Shown here one piece after another: positions 36,175-50,668 of a DNA stretch of 64,000 nucleotides. The stretch comes from Callorhinchus milii (taxonomy: Eukaryota): positions 33,668,001 through 33,732,000 of the forward strand of contig NW_024704743.1 of NCBI RefSeq assembly GCF_018977255.1, read 5' to 3'. Every line of letters starts with the position of its first letter. Within the stretch, counting starts at the first letter, position 1. A program made the position numbers and the translations under genes. The notes under the pieces were generated by a model that did not search any database, was not told the origin of the DNA, and worked only from the letters and a program-made list of their open reading frames with translations.

Positions 36175-39100
36175 TCTGGCTCCCAACTAAAGTTTCTATA
36201 GATGGAATTGTTCTTGTCCTTGAAATAGTCCTTTGTCGTTTACATATGTGGATAAATTGTTTAGCAAATTAATCACTGTCTCATATAAAGAGGCGTATAG
36301 ACAGACAATGGGGGTTCACTACACAATAGATGAGAGGACTATTTCTGGAAATGCAAAGTTATTGCCCAGTTTCACCCTGCATGTCGCTTTGTGAAAATGA
36401 ATGCTTTCTGTGTACCACTCTGTTTTTATTAATAATAATGAATCATTATAACGCTTGTACTTTATAATAATTGTTAGCATTGAAACATCTCAAAGCATTT
36501 CACAACGAATTGCTAGGAATTGCTGTCAAGTTGCAGTGACTGCATATTTGTGGGAGTTGATGGTGCACCCAGCAGTGTCCCACAAACAACAATAACATAC
36601 GTTTTATTTATTTGGAGGATTGTTGGCCAAGACAGCAGGAGAAACTTTTTTCAGGCTTGTTTATTGCTGTTCTTGTTTTCTTGTGTCTTTTGATCTGGTG
36701 CCCAGTACTGTGACAGCAACCAATGGAGCCTGCTGAGTTTTTTTAAATTTGGGTTAAACACAGAAAGTCCAATGGGAGTTTTCGTGATGGGGGTTGGAAC
36801 GTTGACTGATGCTGGCGTGGATTTGGGATTTGGAAGAGCAGATTGGCATCTGAATTCCAAATCTTTGACTCTTCATTTTCTTCTCTGGACACTTGAATCA
36901 CATCTACAAAAGGAAACAAAAGAGGAAAAAATCTGATTAAACCTGCACCATTTAATTTCTCTCCTAGCTCAAGTGTCAATTTTGTGTTTCTCCAGTACTG
37001 ATTAACTTTGTAAGAAATGTCTAATTTAATAATAATACTTTCATTTGCTAGAACACCTTTCACGACAGGATGATGTCTCAAAGTGATTCACAGGATGTTC
37101 TGTAAAGTGTCATGACTATCCATTTTGTAGGTGGACATGCTGGCATATTTGCCTTACCGTCAAAAGTGAATTTAAGAAAATTGGGACTTGGAATGGTTAC
37201 AGCTGGAAGGATTGAGCAGATAAATGAGCTGAAGTAAAAGTGGTTCAAGCAGCAGAGAAGCAAATCTGTCCTGTTTCGTTATTAACCCAATTTCACAAAA
37301 CTCCAGTAATCAAAAACATTCCTCCATCTGTTCCACTGTATAACTGATCAATCTAAAGTAATGCACATTTTTAAAAACTTTTTGAAAATAATAATGGATG
37401 CTAGATAGACATTTGTTTCTGAGTATGAGCCCATTTACAAAGTTACACGGCAGAGGTAGTGTTTCAGAATCTTTATTGGGAGCTGGCTGGACTACCTTCT
37501 TGGCAGTCGGTCAAGAATGTTAAGCGTTTGCCTCAGCCCACTGGGTTCCCCCCCTGCTCTCCCTGGCTGCACTTCTGACACAGCTAACGCTCTCCATGTG
37601 GTAAGAACCTGCTCAGACTCATTCCTCCCTCACGGAGAGCTCGGTTTCATCATTGGCGGGGGAGAACTCTATTTGATCTCTGGTCAATACGTGACTCCTG
37701 GGACTTTCTTTTCCCACCCCTTCCCTTTCCTCTCCTCTGATCTCAGTACACCACAATCACCACACAATCTGACTGAGGGATTGCCCGATGCTGCGCTCCC
37801 AGCTCTCTAGCACTGTATGACCAATTGTAAGATTATGGTCCTTGTTCAGCCTTTGTGCTGCTCCCCTGGACTAGTTGTGCTTTACGCAGCCCTGGGCTGG
37901 CCGGTGTTCTGTACCTGTTGCAGGTATCTGTACTCTGCCCTGTGTCCGTCTTCTGCCCTGACCTCTCCACTACCCGGTGCCGGGCTGCCTGTCTCTGCTT
38001 GTGGAAGCCTGGTTCATTCATGCCTGTACTTTGTGTGGGCACTGCTTTCTGCCCCTGGTCGCTCTCTGTGTGTCTGTGCAATGTTTTCTGTTCTGGTTGG
38101 TCAGTCAGGGTGTGTGTGTGCGTGCGTGTGTGTGTGCGCCCGCGCGTGCACGGGTGTGGTTTCTGACTTTGCTAAAGGTGGTTTCACATTTAAAATCAAT
38201 GCTCTTTCTGCTATGATTCATGTGTTACTATTGCGTTGACTCAAAATCTGTATTTTAACTAATGCAGTGGACCGTGGAAAGGGCCCTGCACAGTACCTGC
38301 AACTTGATGCAAATATTGCCTATTTTCGATCCAGTCACTGCCACAGTTAGCACCCATTCACTTGTCGAGAGCCTCCGTGCTGCGTAAGGCTTCTGCCTGC
38401 CTGGGTATAAAGGCAGTTTTGAGTGGGTTTCAGCAGGCTTTGTGTTTTAAATGACTCTTTAGCAAGTCGATTGACTGACTGCTCAGTCCTAAATGTTTGT
38501 CCATCCAGTTGCTAAACTTTACCTGGAAGCCTGGCATTCAGTGCGAAATATTTTTACCTTTTCGTTTTGTTTTAAATCCAAACAAGCAAATTTGCTCCAA
38601 TTTATTAGTAATCAGTACGGGAGACCTTTTTTTGTCACATGGGCCCCCCAAAAAGTATTCTGCTCATACTTCTGGCTGTTTGAGCAAACGCAGCAGCCAA
38701 TGTCCCACAGTCATTTCACTTTACACTAAATCCTGTGAAGCGCTTTGAGTTGTCCTCTTGACTTGACAGGTGCTATATCAAATGCAAGAATTATTTATAA
38801 TAAAATCCTGAGGAATAGACTGGAATTTGTGTGTGTGTGTGTGTGTGTTGGGTGTGGTGAGATGTTATGTGAGGGCGCTGAGGTCGAGTGCCAGAGATGC
38901 TGATGTCCAGTGGTTATTTTGCTTTGTAGCACTTTAAAGTAAGGTTAACATCCCATCCTCACGGTTGGAAGCCTTTTGTTCACTCGTTCCTTGTGCGCGT
39001 GAACGCGTTTTTTAAAAAAAAAGTCTACTAAAGTGTTGTGAATGGTTTCTCTGGCAACAGTGCTTAACGTTGCTTCGGTGGCGAGTTGGGCGAAGTGGAA

Positions 39101-40799
39101 GCTCTGGGAATGGGATATGGCACCGGAAAGCAAATGCCGGGAGCGTTAATGGGGCAGAAAGGGAGGCTGTCTCCTCGCCCCAGTGCCGAGCTACCCCAAG
39201 GCAAGGTGACCTTTTGACTTTGGTGCTTCCTGCCAGCAGAAAGGGTGGAATCACTCAAACTGGTGCAGACTGTCAGAAGAGTCAGTTTACCGGAAGCTGT
39301 TTGTTTGAGGTAGTGGGAGTTGAAAGCAGTGTATTAATAAAACCTCAGCGGCTGTCTGTTTACATTTTCAGGCGCTTCCTATTTGCTCAGTGCCGATGTC
39401 TGGTAGGGTTTGTTTGCCATGACTTCCTGAGGCTTGGTCTGCCGGGCTAATTGCCCACTGACTCCATGGTTACCATTGCTTCCTCTGTGCATGTTCGTGA
39501 AACTGTGTGCTTGTTTTTAAATGAAGGATTAAGTAGCGGAATATTTAGATTGAGTGTTTCAGGCCTGGAGTTAGAAGAGTTTTATAGCTCAGAAGGAGGC
39601 CGTGTGGATCCGTGCAACGCTGGTTTAGAGAGCCGTTTAATCTCATTCCTCCGAACTTTGTCCCATATCTTTTTTTAAAAAAAGAAAAAACATTTGAAGT
39701 GTGTTTTGATTTTTATTCTAATTTTCTCCTCACTGGCATTCGTCTCTGTTCCTTGTCTAACCTCCTCTGGCTGGAGTACAGATCCACAGCACTGTCTGTC
39801 TGTCCCGTTACCCCACCCAAGTGGCCCACTGTGTGAGTGTTGGTAGGTCATTTGACTGAAGAGAGGTTCATGACAGAGTCTAACCTCTCCCCATTCGGCT
39901 ACCTGCAGGGTGTGCTGAAGAGGGAGCAGGAGCCCTGCTGGTTTTCTCCTCCCTGACCCTGGGACGTCCAGGGCTAGTTTAGTCACCGCATATAGCTCCG
40001 GCTGAACCCAGGAAACTCAGCGTGGACTTGCCAGCTGGGGAGAAGTGAACGTACTTCCCTGGCTTAGTGTTGCTGGACAAGCTGCTCTGTGCAGGGAGCC
40101 TCGCATTGCATTTTTATGTAATGCTCTCTTCCTCTGCAGCTTAGCAATTATGAACTCCCCCGGACCCATTTCTGCCTGTACAAATGCTGGAGTGCTCCAA
40201 AACTTCCCAGTGCCTTCTGGACGCCAAGTGAACGGACATATTGGAGAAAAATTGTGCCACTGGAGAGAAAAAAAACAAGAATTTCATACAGTGAATTTCA
40301 AAGCATTTTATATAGTGCTTTTTTCCCACAAGGTTATACACTTTAAAAACACTGGGCACGTGAAGAGGATAAAAGTTTGTTCTCCCCCCCTCCTACCCCA
40401 CCCCCACCTTCACAACAAATTATCCATGAGCTTCAAAGGCTCAATGCTGCCCCCCCTCTCTCTAATGCACAGGATACATTTTCTCAGGCATATACTTTGT
40501 AAACTTCTAGAGTTCAAGAATGTAAAGAAGAATTGGAAAATATATAGAACCACGTACTGAGCCTCATCTGAATAAACAGAACCATTTGGTCTTAAATTTC
40601 CTGTGACACTCTTTGGAAGGGGGGATTTGCTATGTTTATGTCTGTCCCTCTGTTACTGTGAACTCACATCAGCTTGTCACCACTGACTTAATTATTTCAG
40701 TGTTTTGTTTTTAAAAGCACAGACATTATGGTACTGACTGGCAGCAATGTGGAGCTACATGACTGGCTTCAATCCTCCTCCTTCTCCATTCCTCGCCAT

Positions 40800-41125
40800 A
40801 GAGAGGACCTGGGTTCTATTCCCGGCAGGGCGAAACGTTGGGCAAGTTTCCTTACTCCACACACCTCTGTTTACCCAACAGTAAGTAGGAACACGATTGT
40901 TAGTTGATGGTGGATAGCTTTTCAGTGGGTAATAATCCCTTAAAAATAATAATAATAATTTGGTCACTCAATGCAGGACTATGGGACACTACTGTGCACA
41001 ATTGGCTGCTGTGTTTCACCCACAAAATATACGGTCAGTTCACTTTACAGTATATTCTGTGAAGTGTTTTGAGACATCTCGAAGACGTGATAAGGCGCTA
41101 TGCAATGCAAGTGTTATTATTATAA
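40800..41125 (+). mobile_element. Young SINE, long form, truncated before the B-box
   Basis: gacctgggttctattcccggcagggcgaaacgttgggcaag ... gacgtgataaggcgctat. Confidence 0.9.
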
Positions 41126-43989
41126 TATAACTGGTCCCGGTTAATTTCCTCCTGTGTATCTTTTCCTCCAATTGGTGGAATCATTGCTCAATGGGAAGGA
41201 ACGTTTGCCCGAGCTGCAGACAGGAAAACGGTGGCAATGATCTCAAACACTTCATGCTGAGATGTGTTGCCCACCAGGAAGTTCGCAGGGAGCTCCCTGT
41301 ACCTACCATCCACCTAGTGTGGATCAAACCTGCGCTTGTCGGATGTCGAATGACCAACTAGTGACTATCTTCCTTGCAGGGGAGGTAAAGCGGGGTCCCC
41401 TTGGAGCAGAACTGACTCCACGATGACATGCCTGGCAATGGAATGTCAGAATCAAACCAGCCCTCTGTGGCGGTCTCGGTTATCTGGTTCCTGAGCCAGG
41501 CGAGTCTGCAGTACTCCAGGGCACTGCTGATGACAGCACAGCCAGCCTGGCTCATCGGCAAGACCTGGAAGGGCAGACCTGTAACTGGGGTCAGGGAGTC
41601 CTTTCACTCGGCTCCTGTTAACCCTGCAAGCCCAACAGGTAGGGTGGTCCTAGCTGGACAAGCAGCCGGAAAGCTTGCCGGAAAGCAATATCAATGGCAA
41701 GCTATGTGGTTTTAGCTGATTAGACTACAACAGTACCCCCAACGCATACTCTGGGGTCCACAAGCCTTGGCTCTTGCCAGCCTGTGCCTAATACTTTCTG
41801 GAATTGGGTGGGCATGATGTGTCTCTCCAGAGAGAGAGTGCATTCCATTCCAACAATCTATCTCTGGGACTTCCACATGTAGGTGGGATGCATGGAAATC
41901 TCATCTTGTTTCGGATAATCTTCATCACGGTGATGGACTTCCGCATGTGTCAGACACCCGGTTGACCCCAAAAAAANTCTATCATTTGCCAGTCTTTCTC
42001 CCATTTTTTGTTTGCCTCCTTAGAACCCCATTATAGCGCCCTTCAGTGTAACTTGGCCTGGCTTCTAGTCTAATGACCAGTGGAAGCACGGCACATCCGG
42101 CTCCTGGGACAGACATTGGACTCAGTTGATTGCATTATAAGGGTTTGCCTGTGAAATACTTTTAAGACATCCCAATGTCTTCCAACTCTTTTCTTCCCTC
42201 CCCCACTTCCCCCGCAACTTCTTTGAGGTACTGCAGAATTATAGGAAGCCATTCACATCCCACTGCTCTGGGGACTGGTGATTCGAGACCCCCGTGTGCT
42301 ATGCCACCATGTTACAATCAGAGTTTTGTAGCTATGGGATGCCTTTGTTACGGGGAAATTGAGCTGGGATTGAGACACAACATATGGTGTGGGCAGGAGA
42401 AGTCACTGGTAGGCGATGTGCTGAACCCTGTGTTGCAGGTGCAAAGAGTGTGAATAGCTGCCTTTGGCTATGTAGGGAACAGCAATTGACGATTGACGGC
42501 TTCACTTATGGTAAGAAATCCGCTTTGTTGAAATGCATTTTGCATTGATTTTCTGTTTAGTGACATTTATACAGAGCGCTGTTCTCCTGATGTTTAGACA
42601 GATAGAATGATTTCCATTTCCTTAAGACTTCGCTCCGGAGAAGGGCATTCTTTGTTGAGTGTTTCACGCTTTCCTGGTTATCTACTGTCCTACAGTGGTT
42701 CTCCAAGAGAGAGTACAGATTTTTCAGGGATTTCAATAGCTACACTTCGGGCTTATTCTGGTGATTTGCTCTTGACATTTACTTTCTTCAGCCTTCTTCC
42801 CTCCCTCACTTTCCCCCGTACCTCGCACCACAATTGCGTCTTGGTTGCATCCTTACACACCCAGAGGTGTGCAAGGATGGTGAGATAGAGACATATGGTT
42901 TTGATCATTGCCTACCTCACAACTCAGCGTTATAAAGGATCACGAGTCTGCCATGTAGATGCTGTAAATTTAAATGTAAGGTTTGATAAAAATCTTACTG
43001 TACAGCAGATCCACTGGGGGCAATACCTCATATCACTTAACTGCAATTCGAATAAAGGTCAGATTAAAGCATACTGCCCACTATTCATGGGCTTTATGAT
43101 GCTGGCTCTCGCTGTGCTCAAAAAGGAACATGACATTAGTTTGAATAAAATGGTTAATTTTGACTGAAGATAAATCCTGGTATCAGTTAGAGCCTGGAAT
43201 TAGTCATGAAGATCTTTAAAGTTAATTAGTTTTTACATTTCTATATGCTCAGAGAGATACACTGAGTGAATAAAACAGATGTTCTTTGGTCGCTGTACTG
43301 CAATGCATTAAGCGTGCAAGATGACAGAAAAACATTGTCTGGTGTGCTCCACCTATCGTCCTGACATTACAGAACAAATGTGACTGGATTTGGTCTTCCG
43401 ATTTCTCTGGTTGTATTTGAATTAGGATATTAGATGTTCATTATAATATGGTTCATGTTTGTGTCATGAAGCCTCTCCTTTTGAGTGTGCAATGAATGAC
43501 GTGACCAGGACAAGTATTAGCATATGTGGCTGTCAACACAAAAATGCGACTTCGTACAGGCTCCTTTAAACAGTTTGGTTTCTCTTCTCTCTCATTGACC
43601 TGTGCATCTTGCTGTTCTGTATTGCTGAACCCCTTCAATAACGCAAAAAGCTTTGCTAAATTTAAAACGCGAGATGTAACTTCAACTCGTGGCAACTGGT
43701 TCTTTTTGAAAATTAGTACATTTGACAGCAGTGGTCATGGGACCCAAATAAATCTTAAATACCCCAGGATAAGGCCCTACAGGCCAAGGTTTAGAGCACG
43801 TGGCTGCCAGCTCAAAGCCACTACTTGTGGGTCCCTTTAAATGTTTTGATTTTCTTATTCATGAAAAATGTAAGACTGATCTCTTAACCCTATTTCTAAT
43901 GCTAGTCACTCAAATGTAATACTTAATGGTTTTAAAGCACTGAACTCTCTGGGGAGGGGGAAGAGAAATTAAGGAAGCAAGTGAACCAT

Positions 43990-44100
43990 TTTCCCCACAA
44001 AATATACAGTCAAGTCACTTTACAGTATATTCTGTGAGGTGCTTTGAGACATCTCGAAGATGTGATAAGGCGCTATATCAAATGCAAGAATTATTATTAT
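43990..44100 (+). mobile_element. Young SINE 3' end
   Basis: cccacaaaatatacagtcaag...gataaggcgctatatcaaatgcaagaattattattat. Confidence 0.85.
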
Positions 44101-44971
44101 TTCAGAGCCGCAGCCTTGGATAATATTGAAAGTAGCCGATGTAGTGAGACTACATTTTAGCTTTTGAATGAAATGTGTGCCTTTACTGACTTTGAAATCA
44201 AACAAGTGAAATTGGCTTCTGTAGGAATTGCCGTGTCTTGTTCTGGTATTCTCTTAATCAGAAGCGATGGGTGAGATAGTCCATTGAAACTCTTGATAGT
44301 TTCCATATCCAATGACTTGGAAACCATGTGAGCAAAGTTTAATACACCTACGATGGTGGGCTTGGACGCTCGATAAGTTACCATTTTATTTTGAACTTCC
44401 AAGCAGCGATTTTTAAAACAAAGAAATGGGCCCTGAATTTTAGAAAGATTGCAAACTTCACGCGTGGATTGGTGTTTTTATGAATGATTAAAGATTAAAC
44501 GTAAAACATTTGATCTATCACCTTATCACATTGTCAAAATATCCCAAAGTGCTTTCCAGGATTGTAGCATATTTAGATGACTATTTGTAGGGAAATATGT
44601 CCAGCCACTTTAGTGCCAGTGGGAAACTTGAAATCTTTTTGTTAAAGTAAGGTCAAACACTTGACAGAAATGGTCACGAGGCTCAACAGTACTCGAAGCA
44701 CTTTGAGATGTTTCAGCATTGCTATAAAAATTCACGTTCTTTCTTTCACTAACCACAACCATATTCTGTTCTCTTTTACCTGTTTTAGATATTTTTTTGT
44801 AGTCCGGAGCTCCGTCTTCCTACCCATCTGTCTTTAAATCCTACCCAAAAAAAATCTACCTCTACAGTGACGTCTCCTTCCCCTTCTCCCTTGCTGGGCG
44901 CCTTGCCTTGTCTTTGTAAAGCGCCCTGCAACATTATCCTCCGTGAAGTGGCCCATGAAAATATGAGTTGT

Positions 44972-45347
44972 GGAGTCCTGTAGTATAATGGTTAGAGCAC
45001 TCGCCCCGCATGCGAGAGGACCTGGGTTCGATTCTCAGGCAGGGTAAAACATTGGGCAAGTTTCCTAACTGCATATGCCTCTATTCCCTAGCAGTAAATA
45101 GGAACCCGGTTGTTAGTCGATTGGTGGATCGCTTTTCCGATGGTAATGACCCCTTCAACAAAATATTAATAATAATTTGGTCTCTGAATCAAGGACTGTT
45201 TGTGGGACACTGCTGTGTGCAATTAGGTGCTGCGTTACGCCCACAAAATATACAGCCAATTCACTTCACTTTATATTCTGTGACGCGCTTTGAGCCGTCT
45301 CGAAGACTTGATAAAGTGCTATATCAAATGCAAGGATTATTATTATT
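44972..45347 (+). mobile_element. Young SINE, long form, directly after an L2 tail (~44910-44970)
   Basis: ggagtcctgtag head through (TTA)n tail. Confidence 0.92.
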
Positions 45348-48300
45348 AAATTGTTGGAGTAGACACACACAGCTGTAATGTGCTGAGGCGACACTGAAAA
45401 TCAAGTTGAGTGTAATCTAAATCATCAAAGGCTGCCAGGATGCTCAGTCTCTATTCAGTTTCCCTGATACATTTTATACTGAGCATGTGTTTTTTGAGTT
45501 GCATTTGTCAGGAATGTAAAAGATTTTGAGTAGTCATTAAAATCTGTTTTTTTCCAGTTGCATTTGAGCATTTTTAATTAGTAGCATTGCATGTTGTGCT
45601 GCAAGATGTCAACTTGATTGTAGAAAACCTTTCCTGGCTGCCTTAGATCTTTTGTGATGGTGTTTCTTTTAAAGGAAAGTGGTGGGGGGAGGAGGGATTT
45701 CCCCTCTCTGTTCTTTGTCTGAATCCATGCTGCCATCTGAATAAATATGACTTTCTGAGCCTTCGAAGCCACCAATGTCCACGATGTCCTCAGGCAATGC
45801 CTGTCAGCGTGCCCAGAACAGTGACCCAGTAAACGTCCTATATTCTTCTCTGGCATCTGTCAACCTGACGTGATAGCTGAATCTGCATTATAATAATTAA
45901 CGTGCCACGTGATGAATGGTAGAACACTTGAGTATTTCTCTCTGAGTGGTTTTAATACTGTGCAGTGCAAACTGGCATAGATATTGACCTAGTCTACAAT
46001 AGAATACTGGTTCAGCCAGTGTTTCAATACCTCCCTTATCCTGGGACCTGCTGTTACTGTGTCGGCAAGTTGATTGCACTGGGTTTGATGTGGAAGCGTG
46101 GGACTTTAATGAAGTGGGAGAACAATTCGATAGAATTCCTTGATTTGTTGTTGTGGTAGCATCAGGGGAAGGGGATTGGGTTGCAAATCTGGTGCCAGCT
46201 TGACAGAAACCCGTCCAGATTTGTACAGTATCTGTTTGATATGTTTGAAGTTTATCCTGTTGCTGATCAGAGAGATAATTTTGCTCATATAGAGAGTGAG
46301 GTGGAAGTTGTAATTTGGCTGATTATCAGACCGATTAGATCTGAGCGTAGAACGTGATATTAAATTATTTATAAAAACTGGTACATTTAGGTGATATATA
46401 TGTTCCCACTGAACATATTATATATTTCCCCCACCCCCACCCCATCATACCACAGTGATTGGGGTCCATAAGATTAGGTCACTGTGTTATAAACTGTCCA
46501 TAAATTGAAATGGGTGAGGACAGGATCATCCTTGGCTTCAGTGCTCCTCTCAGCCTTTAGCCCGCTCACGCCCACTGTCTAGGCACATGTGAAGAATGGC
46601 TGATGTACCGGAGGCAGGAGAGTCCCTATGGAATCTTATCCAAGCATAAATCAGTGCCTTTGAGAGGAGTGGAGAAATATTCAGCTCGGAATCTGTTCTG
46701 GAAAGTGATTCATTGCAGAATTAACTTAACCGAGTGATCACCTTGCACATCTTCAATCACACGTTCTGAGCTTTTTGTCGTGCCTGAAGGCTGATGAGTT
46801 TCATCATTTGTCCGATCGGCTGCTAGTGTGGTCATGCCTACGGTACCTGGAGACTGCGAATGGATGTCCGTATTTAACCTGTGCCCAGCGTTCAGGAGGA
46901 TGAGTTTCTCAATAGCAGTGAAATCTGCATTCTTCCTTGTTGATTCACCTCCGATCTCCGGAACAATCTGTCATCAGCCAAGCGGGAAGGGAGTGGGTAG
47001 CTGTTTGGCTCTGTGCTGCCCTTTAAGCGTATGTGTGTGCCATTGCAGTGTGTGGTCCCTACTACACTGACAGATCTTACTCTGCAAGTGGGCTAATGTT
47101 CTTTTAACTTATATATCCATTCACATTACAACAACTTGCATTTTTATAGCACCCTTCACGCCGGATGGCGTCTCCGAGCGCTACACTATTACCAGGTCAG
47201 CAAATCGATCATATTTCTGTCAACCCTTTCACACTGCAGTTGTCTTGGTCAAAAGATTTGTAGATCTTTGGCCTTTTTTTTGCCCAAAAAGTATTTCCTG
47301 TATGTTTCTCCTATAAATACTTCACAGTAAAATCCTGTGATCTGTTTTGAAATATCTCGATAACATAAGGTTCTAGATCAAATTAAAGGATTATTGTGCA
47401 TATATTTTGCCAAGTAAAAGGTTGTTAACTTTGTGGGTTGAGACCAGCCAGTTTCAGAACCAGCACATCTTGTCATGGGACGTTCCACGTACCAGCACCG
47501 CCAGAAATGCCTGCACTGTTTGCTGCAGGCTCTGTGGTTTCTAGAATTGTGCTAAGATCAATCCAGCACCAATAGTCTTCTGAAGCCTTTGCAGACTCAG
47601 GAGTATTTTCTGGTCTAGCAACTCACTTGCATGCTATTTGCGTGTAACAGAACCAAGATATCAGAGGGCAAAGGTGAAGAGGAGGAAATCACATATTACC
47701 ATAAGCCCCAGGCAAGTTTCATGTTATGGCTAAGCATCTGCTTTCAGCTCTTACCTGTGTCTTTATGTTCTATGAACATCAAGTTGCCCTTTAAGAGCTG
47801 ACTGTATTGTGGATGCCATAGTAGTATGTGGTCAACTTGTTTCCCTGCTGCACTCACAGGTCTTGCTCTGCAAGTCTGCCAATGTTCTCTTAACTTATCA
47901 TCATACTCATCCATTCACCTTAAGTTCATAGAACCGTAACTTCACAGAACTAACACTTTATTTAGTACTTCTAATTTGCCTTGTCGAGTGTTGTTTCTCC
48001 CACTGATGTAGACAAATGGCAGAGATGGGGTCTGTTTAACAGCCTTTACTGATGCACTTCACAGAGTATACTTACCTTTGTTCACTTTTATCATTGGGTG
48101 ATCAGCAGGCATTGAAGAAAATATGTTAGGTGGTCACTTACTTACCTTTAAACCTTTTCCCTGTACTTTCCTTGCCCTCTGACACCTTTATATCTGCTCT
48201 TGGGCGTTATGCTGGATTCTGTCCAGGATGTGCTTCAGAAGGAAAACTGGTGTAAAAACTAGGATGACACTGTTTAGAGCCTTGAGTAGTCTTGAAATCA

Positions 48301-49325
48301 TTAAATTAGATGCTGTGTTATTAGATGGTCTGCGGATGAATAGCTACCGGTACTGCTTCCTGGTTCTCAGTCCAGCGCACTGCTCCCTCCCTGATCAGGT
48401 GGATGTAAAGATCCCATGATGCCATTCGAAAAGAGACAGGGGTGTCCTTAACCAACAATCCTCCAGATTAGATAACTCATCTGTCATAATTTACCAGGTG
48501 TCATCATGCACAGGGTGTAAGTATACCACATATCTGGTAACCACAGAGTACAGGAGACTATTATAAGAAAACTCGTGCTAGGGCGAGGGCCATTATAATG
48601 TGGTTACCTTGTGCATTGAAAGACACGATTGTTTCATGTCGTGCATTGCTGACCAGGATATAGGGAGAAAGTTCCCTTTTCCTTTCGAATACTGTAGTGC
48701 CATGGGATTTTTAGATGTCCCCCTGAACAGGCATCTAGGACCTCAGTTTAATGTTTCATCTGAATGATGTCACCTTTATATTGATGTCTAAAGATTGACT
48801 TTTGGAGAGTTACAGAAATGTAATAATTTTGAAGATTGATATTATAACAGTGGGGGAGTTGATTAAATAACCTCAATTGGATGATCACAGCAGGTAGCAG
48901 CCTGATTGCTGTGTATTTGCAAAACCTATTCCCCAAATCTGATTTGTAAGTTTTTGCCCTGCTGATACAATCTGCTGCATATGGGTTCTCGCTACAAATT
49001 TATGCTTTGTGTGTTTTGAGTTTGTGTGAAAAAAGTTTTATCATGGATAAAGTTACTGCATGTCATGCCGAATCCATGTGAAAATAATAATCCACAAACA
49101 CTGAGGCTGTGTTTCAATTGTGCCCACACCTCCCTCCCACCAATTCCATATTTCGCTTTCCCTTGATTTCCATCTTTATCATAATGCTACCCGAAGTTCA
49201 GGGTGTTCACAAAGTCCTGTTACCCCCATGTTTTCTTTCTACAGTACACTGACCAACTGAAATATGTGGGATGAATGATGATAATTATGGTTCAAAGTAT
49301 TTCTTATGTTGAAATATATATATAC

Positions 49326-49686
49326 AATAATGATACTTGCATTTGATATAGTGCCTTATTGTTGAGGCGTCTCAAAGCGCTTCACAGAATATACTGTAAA
49401 GTGAATTAACTGTATATTTTGTGGGTGAAACGCGGCAGCCAATTGCACATAACAGTGTCCCACAAACAGTCATGGACTGAGTAACCAAATTATTACTTTA
49501 TTGATTTATTTTTTGAAGGGATTATTATCCTCAGAAAAGTGATCCGCCAATCGACTAACAACTGGGTTCCTATTTACTGCCCAGGTAAACAGAGGTGTGT
49601 GGAGTAAGAAAATTTACCTAACGTGTCACCTTGTCCGGGAATTGAACCCAGATCCTCTCGCTTGTGAGGCGAGTGCTCTTAACCAA
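49326..49686 (-). mobile_element. Young SINE, long form
   Basis: Colinear reverse match to other copies; the first ~15 nt of the head are lost. Confidence 0.9.
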
Positions 49687-50668
49687 TACGCTCCAATATA
49701 AATTCAATTTATTTATTATGTAACTATTAAAACCATTCAGTTTTAATAACAATTGTAGCTTGGAAATTATGACAAAGGCATTACATGAAATTCAATAATT
49801 AACAAGAAATACACTAATATTTACCAGTTGTTCCATATGTAGACAAGATGAGTAACTTGAGAGAATGGCATAACTAGAATTAGGTGGAAGCCGAACATAA
49901 CTTAATCATTGAGTTATTTTATAAATTAACAGACTGCAAGCTTTCCCACTGAGGCTCTTTTCTGAGCTTTCCAAGGTGCAAAAAATGTGATCTGTACTCT
50001 TTCTCAGTTTCTACAGTCCCTTGTCCTCCCCAGAGCTGAATTGAAATCAAATTGAAGGGAGTTCATCCTGGTGTCCTGGTCAGCAGTCCTTCAGATAAAA
50101 TTAGTCACCTCCTGGCTATTTGTGAGATATTGCTGCGCACTGGCTGACTGACTGACTGACTGCTAAATACACTGTCCTACACTTTACAGAGATCCCGTGA
50201 AGAGGTTTGAGAATTTAAATGATGTGATGAGGTTCATATGCAAGAATTATTATGCAAGAAGAATTATTAATACCTGTACAGTGGCAAAGATCATGGGCTG
50301 TTTTAATGCTGGTAATGTTGAAAAAGATTTTGTAACGGTTGGATTTTAGTGCAGAGCTGCTTTTCTCATGTGAACAGCTGAGGATACGCCTGTATTGGGT
50401 GCTTGTCCTGTAATAGCTGTTCAATGATATTGAATCCTGCATAGCGCTTCGATATTACGTGTCCCAGAGGGGGTGGAAAACCTGGTTGCGGTCTGGATTA
50501 ATATAGATCAGAATTACTGATTTATACTTGTAATTAGTTGGGTATCACACTACCCTTTGGGGACTCCTGTACTACATGCCAGGAAGGAGGTTGTGCTGGA
50601 CTGGCGTTGTCTCACGCTGCAAAGCTGGTTCCTGGCAGGATTCAGTACTTAATAATAATAATAATTAT

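Noticed and set aside
39306..39327. let-7-like TGAGGTAGT
   Set aside because: Only 9 nt match and I see no complementary arm for a precursor hairpin.
40490..40535. KLLEFKNVKK resembles JARID2 SLKEFKN
   Set aside because: Wrong order (downstream of exon 3), no splice context and no flanking similarity.
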